Source of the DNA: Octopus sinensis
Lineage: Eukaryota
DNA length: 31,463 bases
Direction of reading: 5' to 3'
Assembly: GCF_006345805.1 (NCBI RefSeq)
Contig: NW_021829606.1
Location: forward strand, 1 to 31,463
The position numbers were made by a program, and so were the translations under genes. The notes beneath the pieces were generated by a model. That model did not search any database. It was given only the letters and a program-made list of their open reading frames with translations, and was not told where the DNA came from. Positions 10,685 to 22,548 of the stretch are shown here, one piece after another (the stretch's first letter is position 1; every line of letters starts with the position of its first letter).

Positions 10685-10916
10685 AGGCGGCGAGCTGGCA
10701 GAAACGTTAGCGCGCCGGGCGAAATGCGTAGCCGTATTTCGTCTGCCGTTACGTTCTGAGTTCAAATTCCGCCGAGGTCGACTTTGCCTTTCATCCTTTC
10801 AGGGTCGATAAATTAAGTACCAGTTACGCACTGGGGTCGATGTAATCGACTTAATCCGTTTGTCTGTCCTTGTTTGTCCCCTCTATGTTTAGCCCCTTGT
10901 GGGTAGTAAAGAAATA
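10685..10916 (+). mobile_element. SINE family A, long-tail, full length with TSD
   Basis: 17-bp TSD GCTATATATAACCAACA at 10668-10684 and 10917-10933; near-consensus sequence. Confidence 0.95.
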
Positions 10917-11528
10917 GCTATATATAACCAACATCGACTCTCCAGAATTCCTTGCTTGCTCATGTCTTTCTCGCACACAAATCACTTGCGTAGGTTCAAG
11001 AAGAACAGTAAAGGCATCGATCTCACTAATTTAGAAGGGCTTGCCAAGGCCATTGGTGTTGGCCCGCCTTCTAGATCTAGCAAGTGAAACACACACACAC
11101 ACACTCACACACACACACAATCAATCAATCAACGAATGCAACCTCATAATGAGATTGTAAAACAAACCTTGGTGCTCTACAGCTGATGCCTATGGAAGGA
11201 ATTGAACACGGCTCCACGTGTAGCTAATCATACCGTTAATGAGTATATCCTTTGAATGAGTCACTTGCAGAATATCTATAAAAAATATTTTTAAGTGGCA
11301 CGTAATTAATGACACAGCGTCGGTTTCATTTCCTTCTACATACATCGCAAGTGTAACGGTAAACCAGACTTGCTTCACTGCTTCAAAAATTTGCAACGTT
11401 TTTAATTACATAAAATAGTTTTTGAGTAACTTTTGGGGGGATTTGCAACACGTACTTTAAAGCAGACATTTTGAAAATTATATGTTTCAGCAAACACGTA
11501 TATAAAATACATATTTTAGCGTCATATA

Positions 11529-11935
11529 GGCGCAGGAGTGGCTGTGTGGTAAGTAGCATGCTCACCAACCACATGGTTCTGGGTTCAGTCCCACGGCGTG
11601 GCACCTTGGACAAGTGTCTTCTCCTATAGCATCGGGTCGACCAAAGCCTTGTGAGTGGATGTGGTAGACAGAAACTGAAAGAAGCCAGTCGTATATATGT
11701 ATGTATGTGTGTGTGTGTGTGTGTGAGTGTGTGCTTGTGTGTGTGTTTGTCCCCCAACATCGCTTGACAACCGATGGTGGTGTGTTTACGACCCCCGTAA
11801 CTTAGCCGTTCGGCAAAAGAAAGCGATAGAATAAGTACTAGGCCTATAAAGAATAAGTCCTGGGATCGATTTGCTCGACTAAAGGGGGTGCTCCAGCATG
11901 GCCACAGTCAAATGACTGATACAAGTAAAGGAGTA
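11529..11935 (+). mobile_element. SINE family B, full length
   Basis: Same structure as 1653; ends GGCCACAGTCAAATGACTGATACAAGTAAAGGAGT. Confidence 0.92.
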
Positions 11936-12429
11936 AATCAAAGTAATTGCTTTCTCAAAGGAGGCTGTAACATGTTTCTGTTTGTTTTTCGTTTTTACTA
12001 GACTTCAACCACCGACTCTATGCTTTTAGATTGCAGATTGATACCAAAATGATCAGAAAAAGAGAACTACTTCGCTTAGTGAGGACGATGTCGATGATTC
12101 GAGAGCGAATAGGATTTTGACTGTTCGTTTTTCGACATCAGTGGCAGACGCCATTAGAAAAACTTATATCTATTTTCAAAGGAGCCTTCACTTTCATCGC
12201 TACCTGGTGGTTGCCGCCCGTTGACGAGGGACAAACATCCTGAAACTAGTTCGAGCGTATCACTCAGGCTTGCGAGGAAGGGATGGCCTCCCTTTGCAAA
12301 TACTCCAAAGACACAGATATTGTGTTTAAAGCCAGCTAGAGACGAAGATCTCTTGGGGCTATAAAGCTACAGTAACAACCCCCTCCCCAATGTGGTTAGC
12401 CATGATAAGATGGCTTCTATACTTTACAT

Positions 12430-13345
12430 TATTTTATCATTAGCCAACAGCCATCAACCAGATACCTTCCTTGTGTCCCGCACTTCTTGACATAGTTTCC
12501 TCTTTGTTATGTTGCCTGTATACAATCAACCAGACACTCGTTTCCTCTCGTTCTTTGATGTCGCCTATCACAAGCCTTTCTTGACAGCCTTTTACTATCT
12601 TATCCTCTTGTCCTCCACGCTTCCTATCGGGATGATTTCAGGCAATGACTGGTGTGCCAAAATATGATAGCTGAGAGGACTCTATTCCCGATAATAGGTT
12701 TTTGGGGACTTTCAGCTTTTCTAGAACTGCAGCGTTTGTTACCCTGTCTTTCTATCCAGTCCTGCCCAATCTACGAAAGGTCTACAGCTCTTCTCCATAG
12801 TTCTGTTCATTACTCTTTACTCTTTTTTACTCTTTTACTTGTTTCAGTCATTTGACTGTCGCTGTGTTGGAGCACCAACTTTTAGTCGAGCAAATCGACC
12901 CCAGGATTTATTCTTTGTAAGCTTAGTACTTATTCTATCGGTCTCTTTTGCCGAACCGCTAAGTTACGGGGTTGTAAACACACCAGCATCGGTTGTCAAG
13001 CGATGCTGGGGGACAAACACACACACACAAACATATACACATACACATACATATATACATATACACGAAGGGCTTCTTTCAGTTTCCGTCTACCAAATCC
13101 ACTCACAAGGCTTTGGTCGGCCCGAGGCTATAGTAGAAGACACTCGCCCAAGGTGCCACGCAGTGGGACTGAATCCGGAACCATGTGGTTCGTAAGCAAG
13201 CTACTTACCACACGGCCACTCCTACAAGTTTCTTTCTCGTAGAGGAGAATTGGAATAATACAACAGTTTACCAGCCTCAATTCTAGGTACAGTGTTATGT
13301 CTTTCTATATGAAGAATATCATAAGAATGCTAAAAGAATATATGA
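12430..13345 (-). mobile_element. Old RTE-clade LINE remnant split by a family B SINE
   Basis: The minus strand gives LRLVNCCIIPILLYEKET (13224-13300). After the SINE it continues KDRVTNAAVLEKLKVPKNLLSGIESSQLSYFG and later ...GDIKE. These are degenerate RTE ORF2 C-terminal motifs with stops and frameshifts. Confidence 0.65.
12811..13223 (-). mobile_element. SINE family B, full length
   Basis: Reverse complement of the 11529 element, with a repeated (TACTCTTT) tail at the left end. Confidence 0.92.
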
Positions 13346-13357
13346 GAATATAATATA

Positions 13358-13664
13358 TCTTTATATATAAAATTGAAGTTGTGTGTGTGAGACTCTGTCT
13401 CCTCCGATTTAGATTCCTAACTACTCCCACATTTTGCGGTGTAGTTTAACCAAAAGCGGGTATCTTATAGTCGTCATTCATATGGAGCCCTTCTGGGTAT
13501 TAGCGCGTGTCTACGATGAGTCTACGATTTAAAAAAAAATTTACCATCATTTTTCCGGATTTTTAATGATTTTTGCTCGGGTTATATAAGGGAAGTAACT
13601 CTCTAAAAATGCTTATATAGTTATTTCCTTTACAAACCCGAACAACGCCGGGCGATACTGCTAG
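13358..13664 (+). mobile_element. Non-autonomous Helitron (about 307 bp)
   Basis: 5' A|TCTTTATATATAAAA. 3' hairpin CCCG-AACAACGC-CGGG (13637-13652), then CTAG|T. No TSD; inserted in an AT dinucleotide. Confidence 0.8.
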
Positions 13665-14294
13665 TTATTTATAAGAATGTTTTACATCGCCGTGATCAGA
13701 AAGGAGCGAAAAGGGAACGAAACGACAAAGCGTTATCGTTAAAAACAAGGTGTAGCAGAAGGCGAATAAAAGCTAAAAAGAAGGGATTTGTTGAAAGGTA
13801 TTTATAAGAGCACATAAAAAAGGGGGCGAAAAGATAGAATGAATAATTAATACGTTAAGAAGCAGACAAAAAAGAACAGAAATGGTAGAGCATATTGAAA
13901 ACAATATGTATAAAAGTTGTTCGTAAAACCCAGCAAATACGAAATAATACCCAAAGAAACACACGAATTCGATCGCTGATTAGGGGAGACAAAAATAAAT
14001 GGTGTTTCAATTACTCTAATCGTATAAATCTCCCGTATAACATTACATTACCCGGTTAATTATACCCCAACTTTTCCTGGTTGCTCCTTCTGCACTGATG
14101 TGTTTCTGTGATTTCTAAATTTAAATCTGCATTTTTTCTAATTTAATTTACATTTAATTAACTTGGTACATTTTAATTTATTTAATGCAGATCCCAATTT
14201 ATTTAGCACTCTTCTAATTATACATTAATACGTAGATTTTTATGGTTATTTCGTTTTAACTGACTGATTCTTGGGTTCTTTACTTATAAAGACG

Positions 14295-14679
14295 TGGAGG
14301 CGCAATGGCCCAGTGGTTAGGGCAGTGGACTCGCGGTCATAGGATCGCAGTTTCAATTCCCAGACCGGGCATTGTGAGTGCTTATTGAGCGAAAACACTT
14401 AAAAAGCTCCACGAGGCTCCGACAGGGGATGGTGGTGATCCCTGCTGTACTCTTTCACTACAACTTTCTCTCACTCTTACTTCCTGTTTCTGTTGTACCT
14501 GTATTTCAAGGGGCCGGCCTTGTCACTCTCTGTGTCACGCTGAATATCCCCGAGAACTACGTTAAGGGTGCACGTGTCTGTGGAGTGCTCAGCCACTTAC
14601 ACGTTAATTTCACGAGCAGGCTGTTCCGTTGATTCGGATCAACCGGAACCCTCATCGTCGTAATCGACAGAGTGCTTCC
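14295..14679 (+). mobile_element. SINE family C, tail type 3, full length with TSD
   Basis: 13-bp TSD ACTTATAAAGACG at 14282-14294 and 14680-14692; tRNA A and B boxes. Confidence 0.92.
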
Positions 14680-14774
14680 ACTTATAAAGACGCTGATAAA
14701 TTTGTTGACGGAGATGATTTTTTTGGCGTATTTAAGAACTTCGATACTGAACACATGATATAGAGTATAGAAGA

Positions 14775-14995
14775 GGCGGAGAGCTACTAGAACCATTAAC
14801 ATGCCGAGCAAAACGCTTAGCAGTATTTCGTCCGTCTATACGTTCTGAATTCAAATTCCGCCGAGGTCGACTTTGCCTTTCATCATTTCAGAATGGATAA
14901 AATGAGTACCAGTCGAGCAATGCGGTCGATTTGGGGGACTTGACCCCATCGCCAAAACTGCTAATTTAAAGCCAATAATGGTACCAAAATTTAAA
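14775..14995 (+). mobile_element. Diverged SINE family A copy (short tail)
   Basis: Degenerate head, GAATTCAAATTCCGCCGAGGTCGACTTTGCC core and ...GTACCAAAATTT tail. Confidence 0.75.
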
Positions 14996-15017
14996 GCCAA
15001 TAAATGGTACAGAATGA

Positions 15018-15230
15018 GGCGGCGAGCTGGTAGAATTGTTAGCATGCCGGACAAGATGCTTAGCGGTATTTCCTCTGTCCATACGTTCTGAGTTCATATT
15101 CCGCCGAGGTTGACTTTACCTTTCACTCTTTCGGGGTCGATAAAATAAGTACCAGTCATGCACGGGAGTCAATGTAAATGACTTACCCATTCCCTTAGAA
15201 CTTGTTGGCCTCGTACCAAAATTTGAAACT
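15018..15230 (+). mobile_element. Diverged SINE family A copy (short tail GGCCTCGTACCAAAATTTGAAAC)
   Basis: GGCGGCGAGCTGG head and conserved core. Confidence 0.8.
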
Positions 15231-15246
15231 ATTGTGTAATTTTGTA

Positions 15247-15289
<43 letters not shown>

Positions 15290-15500
15290 ATATTGTTTTT
15301 AAAAAATGTCCAGTTCCTTTGGTTTGTGTCTATGTTTTCGTTTCTCATTGTGTTCGATGTCCTTTTGGTGTCCTGTACTCATATATGCGTGTATATGTAC
15401 ATGTAGAGGTAGGTACGTACATATATGTTTATATATGTGCATATGTTTTATTTTATTTATTAATATATATATATATATATATATAATATATGTATATATA

Positions 15501-16290
15501 CATGGTGTTTGGGCTAAATTTGTGAGTTTGCACAAAAGGAAAAGAAAAAATCCCATCCAAAAATGAAAATATTTGGATCTTTACCTTTTGACCTTCAAAT
15601 TAAAAAAATAATTTTTTGTAACTAAATACTTTCAAACTTTGGAAATTGGTAGAATGTATCATATAAAACATCTTTTACTCTTAGCATTTTTGAGAAAAAG
15701 TTTTATTTACGAAGTTATTTCACGTTAAAGTTCTCGTATTCCGGTAATTTCAACCAATCAATGACGTGTATTCAGTTGAATAAAATTACTGCTGTTGTTT
15801 ATCAACAAAAACTTCCGGCGGTGTGAAAGATATTTTATATGACACATTCTACCTGTGTCCGAAGTTTGAAAGTGTTTAGTTACAAAAAATTATTCTTTTA
15901 AGCTGTAGGTCAAAAGGTAAAGATCCAAATATTTTAAAAAGTGAAAAGAAGGTGACAGTTTACTCCATGTGGCCGCCGTCAGCTTTCATCATGCCCTCGA
16001 GAAAGCTTCGGAATCTGGTACATGCATTCCTCACTGTAATCCATCGGAATTTCGAATACGACCTTGATCTTGGGCACCATCTCGGCCTTGGTGTTGCAGG
16101 CAGAGCGGTTGGTGTCTTTCTCAACCGCCACACAACTCATAGTAATCCATGGGATTGTAATCGGAGGAATTAAAAGGTCAGAAATTTGGGGCTGGTGCAG
16201 TCGTATAAATTCTCCAACAACCACTTCTGACTAATTCCGGAGGCACGGCGAGGAGCCAACTCTTGATGTCAGACGTCACCCTCACAGGAG
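15501..16290 (-). mobile_element. 3' part of a Tc1/mariner-superfamily element (maT/DD37D-like), interrupted by a MITE
   Basis: The minus strand reads QELAP...SQKWLLENLYDCTSP...NSSDYNPMDYY...AVEKDTNRSACNTKAEMVPKIKVVFE, matching maT-type QQDxAPxH/WPPNSPDxNPxDY motifs with frameshifts. A probable TIR TA|CATGGTGTTT lies at 15501. Confidence 0.7.
15575..15926. mobile_element. MITE family 2 (GGATC TIRs, 8-bp TSD), related to family 1
   Basis: TIR GGATCTTTACCTTTTGACCT / AGGTCAAAAGGTAAAGATCC. TSD AAATATTT at 15567-15574 and 15927-15934. Shares internal GGTAGAATGT...TAAAACATCTTTT and CCAATCA.TGACGT motifs with family 1. Confidence 0.9.
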
Positions 16291-16293
16291 ACA

Positions 16294-16493
16294 TTGTTTC
16301 AGTCATTTGACTGTGGCCATGCTGGAGCACCGCCTTTAGTCGAGCAAATCGACCCCAGGACTTATTCTTTGTAAGCCTAGTACTTATTCTATCGGTCTCT
16401 TTTGCCGAACCGCTAAGTTACGGGGACGTAAGCACACCAGCATCGGTTGTCAGGCGATGTTGGGGGGACAAACACACACACACACACACACAA

Positions 16494-16554
<61 letters not shown>

Positions 16555-16714
16555 CGTATATACAACGGGCTTCTTTCAGTTTCCGTCTACCAAATCCACT
16601 GATAAGGCTTTGGTCGGCCCGAGGCTAGAGTAGAAGACACTTGCCCAAGGTGCCACGCAGTGGGACTGAACCCGGAACCATGTGGTTGGTAAGCAAGCTA
16701 CTTACCACTGCGCC
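16294..16714 (-). mobile_element. SINE family B, near full length
   Basis: Reverse complement of the family B structure with central (CA)n(TA)n; small deletion in the head. Confidence 0.92.
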
Positions 16715-17404
16715 TAATATCCTGTATTTTAGAATAATTTTCTGTATCAATATAGCATGAATCACCATACAGGTAATTCTTTTCCAATATTCAGATTGCT
16801 TCCAGGCTTCCATGTCAGCCAACGTTTTCTCAACTACAACTTTAATTTTTATGCTCTCCAACGCCGTCGACTGTTCACAAATACATCAAGCTGTTCCTAA
16901 AAAAAAAAGAGACATAAAAATCATCAAATTTAGACAGAACACCTTGTATTATAGAATAATTTTCCTAATTAACAACATATTTATTTCAGTCAACGATCGA
17001 ATAATTCATTTGTTTACTCAAACAATGCTATCATTCAGTTTACTAGGTTCTATAAACGATTTAACTGCCAAATTCTATAGAATATTTATTAAATGTTATG
17101 AGCAATTTTACTGATGAATTTTGTAAACAATTTTATTTCTCAACTTTTCTAAACAATTTAATTGCTAAATTTTCTAAAGAACATAATTGTCAAATTTTAT
17201 GAAGAAATTCATTTCTACACATGCTAACATATTACTCTATCAACAAACAAGTTAATTGTCGGATTTTATAAACAATTTATTTGATTAATCTTGTAAACTA
17301 TTGAGTTATGATGAATTAAATTGTCGAATCTAATAAATAATTCGTTAAATTTTGTAAACAATTTAATTACTAAATCGCATACAATACAGAAATTATATTT
17401 TATT

Positions 17405-17820
17405 TTACTTTTTATCTTTTACTTCTTTCAGTCATTGAACTGCGGCCATACTGGGGCACCACCTTGGAGGGTTTAGTCGAACAAATCGACGCCACGACTT
17501 GGCTTTTCTTGTTTTTTTTCTATTTTCTTTCTTCTTTTTTTTTCATGTCTGTATTTATTCTATTGACCTCTTATTACCGAACTGCTAACTTACGGGAGCG
17601 GAAACAAACAAACACCGGTTGTCGAGCGAGGGCGGGGGACAAACACGTACACACACACATACACACACGCACACACATATGACTGTCTGCCAACTTCACC
17701 AGCAAGGCATAGGTTGACCCGGAGTTATAGAAGAAGACACTTATCCTTGAGGCCGTGCAATGGGACCCAACCCGAAGATAGGTGCTTGCGAAACGATCTT
17801 CTGAACCATACAGCGATGCC
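17405..17820 (-). mobile_element. Diverged SINE family B
   Basis: CTTTCAGTCATTGAACTGCGGCCATACTGGGGCACC...GGGGACAAACAC...AGAAGACACTT matches family B at lower identity. Confidence 0.75.
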
Positions 17821-18033
17821 AGAAGTTTTTACACATCTTAAGGTAATCTGTTTTTCCCTCTTTTTTGTTAATTTTGAAACCCTTTACATCTATTTTTCAT
17901 TTTCTCTTAATCTTCCTTTGTAAATTTCTTACAAATCATCGCTTCTTTCTTTTCCCGCCTAATTAAACACTCTTATTTTGTTATCGAAATTCTCTGCTTT
18001 TAGCCATACCATTTCGTTGCTTCTTTCTCGAGC

Positions 18034-18390
18034 AAGGCGGCGAGCTGGCAGAAAGGTTAGCACACCGGGCGAAATGCTTGGCGGTATTTCGTCTGCCGTT
18101 ACGTCCTGAGTTCTAATTTCGCCGAGGTCGATTTTGCCTTTCATCCTTTCGGGGTCGATAAATTAAGTACCAGTTACGCACTGGGGTCGATGTAATTGAC
18201 TTAATCCGTTTGTCTGTCCTTGTTTGTCCCCTCTGTGTCTAGCCCCTTGTGGGTAGTAAAGAAATAGAAATAGGTATTTCGTCTGCCGCTACGTTCTGAG
18301 TTCAAATTCCGCTGAGGTCGACTTTGCCTTTCATCCTTTCGGAGTCGATAAATTAAGTACCACCTCCCCAAAATTTCGGGCCTTGTGCCT
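18034..18390 (+). mobile_element. SINE family A tandem pair (long-tail plus headless short-tail)
   Basis: Unit 1 is 18034-18272, the junction GAAATA|GGTATTTCGTC is at 18273, and unit 2 ends GGCCTTGTGCCT. Confidence 0.92.
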
Positions 18391-18393
18391 TGC

Positions 18394-18511
18394 GTAGTCA
18401 TGATGGGTATAGTGGGCTTTGTATATTATACCCCAATGTTACTTTGATGGCATACACTGCTCTCTCACTCAATTGTTATTATTATCGTTATTATTATTAT
18501 TATTATTATTA

Positions 18512-18554
<43 letters not shown>

Positions 18555-18647
18555 TATTATTATTATTATTGAGTGAGAAAGCACTGCATGCAATCAAAGT
18601 GACACAGGGGTAACATATACGAAGCCCAGTATACCTATTATGAATAC
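18394..18647. repeat. About 80-bp imperfect inverted repeat flanking a (TTA)n tract
   Basis: 18394-18472 is about 80% identical (by eye) to the reverse complement of 18569-18647; (TTA)n lies at 18474-18570. Confidence 0.85.
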
Positions 18648-18739
18648 TCGTTTGATAAGGGTCCACGCGGCGAAATGACAGAATCGTTAGCACGCCGGGC
18701 AAGATACAACAACAACAATAACAATTATAATAATAATTG

Positions 18740-18872
18740 TTTCAAATTTTTTCCACGAGGGCAGCAATTTTGGTGGAGGGGATGAGTCAATTACATTAAT
18801 CCCAGTGTTCAACTGGTACTTATTTTATCGACCCCGAAAGGGATGAACAGCAAAGTTGACCTCGCGGAATTT
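18740..18872 (-). mobile_element. 3' fragment of SINE family A (short tail)
   Basis: ACTGGTACTTATTTTATCGACCCCGAAAGGGATGAA is the reverse complement of the family A core. Confidence 0.75.
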
Positions 18873-19079
18873 AAATTGCAAATTATATATAGTAAAGCAA
18901 CATAGATTCATCCCTACCTTGTTTCGACCACTGACGCTAGTTTCGACCACAGTTATTGCAGTAACAACACAGATTTGGATGTCCGACATGAGTACAAGTC
19001 CTATCTAGCAAACAGTCGTGTAGAGAAGTGGGACAAGGAGCGGGGTAGTATTCGATTAGACTGGTCCTAGTTAAATGTA

Positions 19080-19486
19080 AAGGCGCATGGCTCAGTGGTT
19101 AGAGCGTCGAGCTTACGATCGTGAGGTTGTGAGCTCGAATCCCGGACCGGGCTGCGTGTTGTGTTCTTGAGCAAGATACTTTATTTCACGTTGCTCCAGT
19201 TCACTCAGCTGTAGAAATGAGTTGCGACGTCACGGGTGCCAAGCTGTATCGGCCTTTGCACACACATACAAACATATAAATATACACATATAATGTTTAC
19301 AAACAAATGAATGGATACATTGCATCTACGTATTTGTCTTGGATGACACTGGTGCCGTGGAGAAGGGAGGCCGGTATGCATGGGCGACTGCTGGTTTACC
19401 ATAAACAACCTTGCCCGGACTTGTGCCTGGGAGGGTAACTTTCTAGGTGCAATCCCATGGTCTGTGTCGTGACCGAAGGGGGTCTC
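19080..19486 (+). mobile_element. SINE family D (tRNA-derived) with TSD and an 82-bp foreign insert
   Basis: A-box TGGCTCAGTGG, B-box-like GCTCGAATCCC, CORE-like TTCTTGAGCAAGATACTT. 11-bp TSD AGTTAAATGTA at 19069-19079 and 19487-19497. Confidence 0.88.
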
Positions 19487-20119
19487 AGTTAAATGTACTT
19501 TTCTTGATTTTGGAATGCTTGGAAGGCTGAGTCGACCCCAGGGAAATTTGAAATCAGAACGTAAGGGAACAAAACTGAGCGTGACAAAGTATTATATCAA
19601 CCGATCTAACATGCTGACATCAGTACTAACAATGATGACAGAAGCAAATAAGCGGCGTTCACCACAACGGTAACAGTTTCTAACCTAATAGCTATAAGGG
19701 TTTTGTGTTTATGCTATAATATATAACACTGCTTGCATTATTTCTATTTTGTTCTCCCTTTCCCCCCTCTCTCACAAGTTCTTTCTTAAAATGGAGGACA
19801 GGAATGAGGAGTGGGTCTACAAGACGCTTTGTTGTGCTACTTAACAATTCAAATTCAAGAGGAGAACAGTCGATTATATCGACCTTACTGCTAGAGTGGT
19901 GCTTTATTTTATCGACCCCCCGGAAGGATGAAAAGCGAAGTTGACTCGCAGACAACCCTTATCTATCCAAAGTAGATTTTGGTCAACAACAGAACGAGCT
20001 GTAATGGCTGTTATAACGTCATCTAATACGTCACAGTAACGTAATAGCGTCTCTTTACGCGGAAGCCCACTTCCGGTAGGCTCTTCAGTCAAGTACTTGG
20101 CACAGTAATAATAAAATGC

Positions 20120-20704
20120 GTTGTGTGTATTTGTGTTTATGTATGTGTGTATGTATGTATGTATATGTGTGTGTGTGTGTATGTATATATACGTATATAT
20201 ATACTTAGCGCGTTGAATATATGTATGTGTGTATGCGTGTTTTAGTATATTTGCAAGTGTACGCACGCTTATGTAGTCTTGCACACACATACAAACATCT
20301 AAGTATACACATATAATGTTTACAAACAAATGAATGGATACATTGCATCTACGTATTTGTGCATGTGTGTTTATATATGCGTACCTGTGTGTACATAGGC
20401 TTACTTGTACGTATACATGTACGCACATATGCGCTGATATATATATGTCTGTGTGTGTGTGTGTGTATATATGTGTGTATATATAATATATATATATATA
20501 TATGTATATGTAATATATATATATATATGCATGTCTTGTACGTATATATGTGTGTGGACCCGCATTGTGAGTATCATTCACACACACACATACTCATACA
20601 AATATACATATGGTAACACACACATATAGATATATATTTGTGTCCTTGTGCGTGTACACATGTGTATGCATATTGATACACATGCATATATATACATGTA
20701 TATA

Positions 20705-20743
<39 letters not shown>

Positions 20744-20788
20744 TGTATACATATATAGATATATATACATATGTTGTTATCTATATAG

Positions 20789-20835
<47 letters not shown>

Positions 20836-21420
20836 TATATATATATGTATATATATATGTATATATAATATATATACATGTATATATAGATGCACAAATC
20901 AGACATACATATGCATAGAACCGTACACGTACTCATGCATATATTTGGTAATATCCATATTACCAAACAAGTCTATATAAAGATGTATATGTATATATAT
21001 AGTTTTTTTTTTATTTACGTATTCACAGAGACGTAAATCTACACACACACACACACACACTTTGATATACAGATAAATCCGTGTGCATGCGTATGTATGA
21101 ACGCAGGGATAAGACCGTGTGTGTGTGTGTGTGTGTGTGCACCCTTGCGCTTATATGTTTAATTGTTCGTGTGGACGAATATACGAGCATTTGCAATCAG
21201 ACGTATATATATATGTTTCCATACGTATACACACTCCAATATATGGATGTATAAATGCATGCATGTATACGTATCTAGAGACGCGCGCGCACACCACACA
21301 CACACGCACACGCACATGCACACATGCACACGTACACAGGCACATACACACTCTTTCACATACACAAACATACACACACTCAAATAAGAACACCTATATA
21401 TATCTGTGATATATATGTAT

Positions 21421-21484
<64 letters not shown>

Positions 21485-21602
21485 CACATATATATATTAT
21501 ACATATATATATACATATATAATACATGCATATATATTTAATTATATATATACATAATATGTATATATACTGCATGCCACATATATATATGTATATATAT
21601 AT

Positions 21603-21655
<53 letters not shown>
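20120..21655. repeat. Extended compound (TA)/(TG)/(CA) microsatellite field
   Basis: Directly visible; source of many IYIY/HTHT ORFs. Confidence 0.92.
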
Positions 21656-22277
21656 CTCATACTTCCATACATTCAATTCGTAAACTCAATAAGGTAGGTA
21701 CGTGTTTCTACATACATCCCGCTGTTGTTTTAATAAAACGTCTGACGACACCTAGCGGCCATTATGCGACGAACACGTCCCAGCAATGACATAGATTCGC
21801 TGCCAGTGCAGCCATCTTTAATTGCCTCTATTTTCTACTCAACTCTCGGCCTGTGGACTTGATAAATATTGCTATTAAACCAGCTAATTGTTTTACTGTC
21901 TCTGCCATGTCTTCCCAGCAGACGCCAACTCTTAGCTTTGACCGCATCTATCGCCTAATCAACACTAATTTCAATCAACTCTCATACGTACATGTACACA
22001 TAATCTGTTAGATCATTTACTATGGATATTCACGCGTATTTAACGAAAACCTTTATTTATGCATGGCACACACACACACACATACATGTTATGCATAGGT
22101 GTATGTATGTATGTACGTATATATACATATACATACATCTTTATATATTCACACACATATATACATGCATGCATATACATGTGCGTTTGTATGTATGTGT
22201 GTATGTATGTATATATATATATATATATATATTCACCTGCCTACCTGTTTCAGCTTGTTCATTCCCTATCAACATTC

Positions 22278-22278
22278 C

Positions 22279-22372
<94 letters not shown>
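22278..22372. repeat. (ATCT)n tetranucleotide microsatellite
   Basis: Directly visible perfect array. Confidence 0.97.
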
Positions 22373-22373
<1 letters not shown>

Positions 22374-22548
22374 AATATTTGTATGTGTGTATACAAACAT
22401 ATACATATAATATATATGCGTATATACACATACATACACAGGCGCATACACACACGACGAATATTTATGTATACATATATAAGTGTATATATGCAGTTTC
22501 ACATACATGTACACACACACATATATATATACGTGTGTGTGTGTATGC

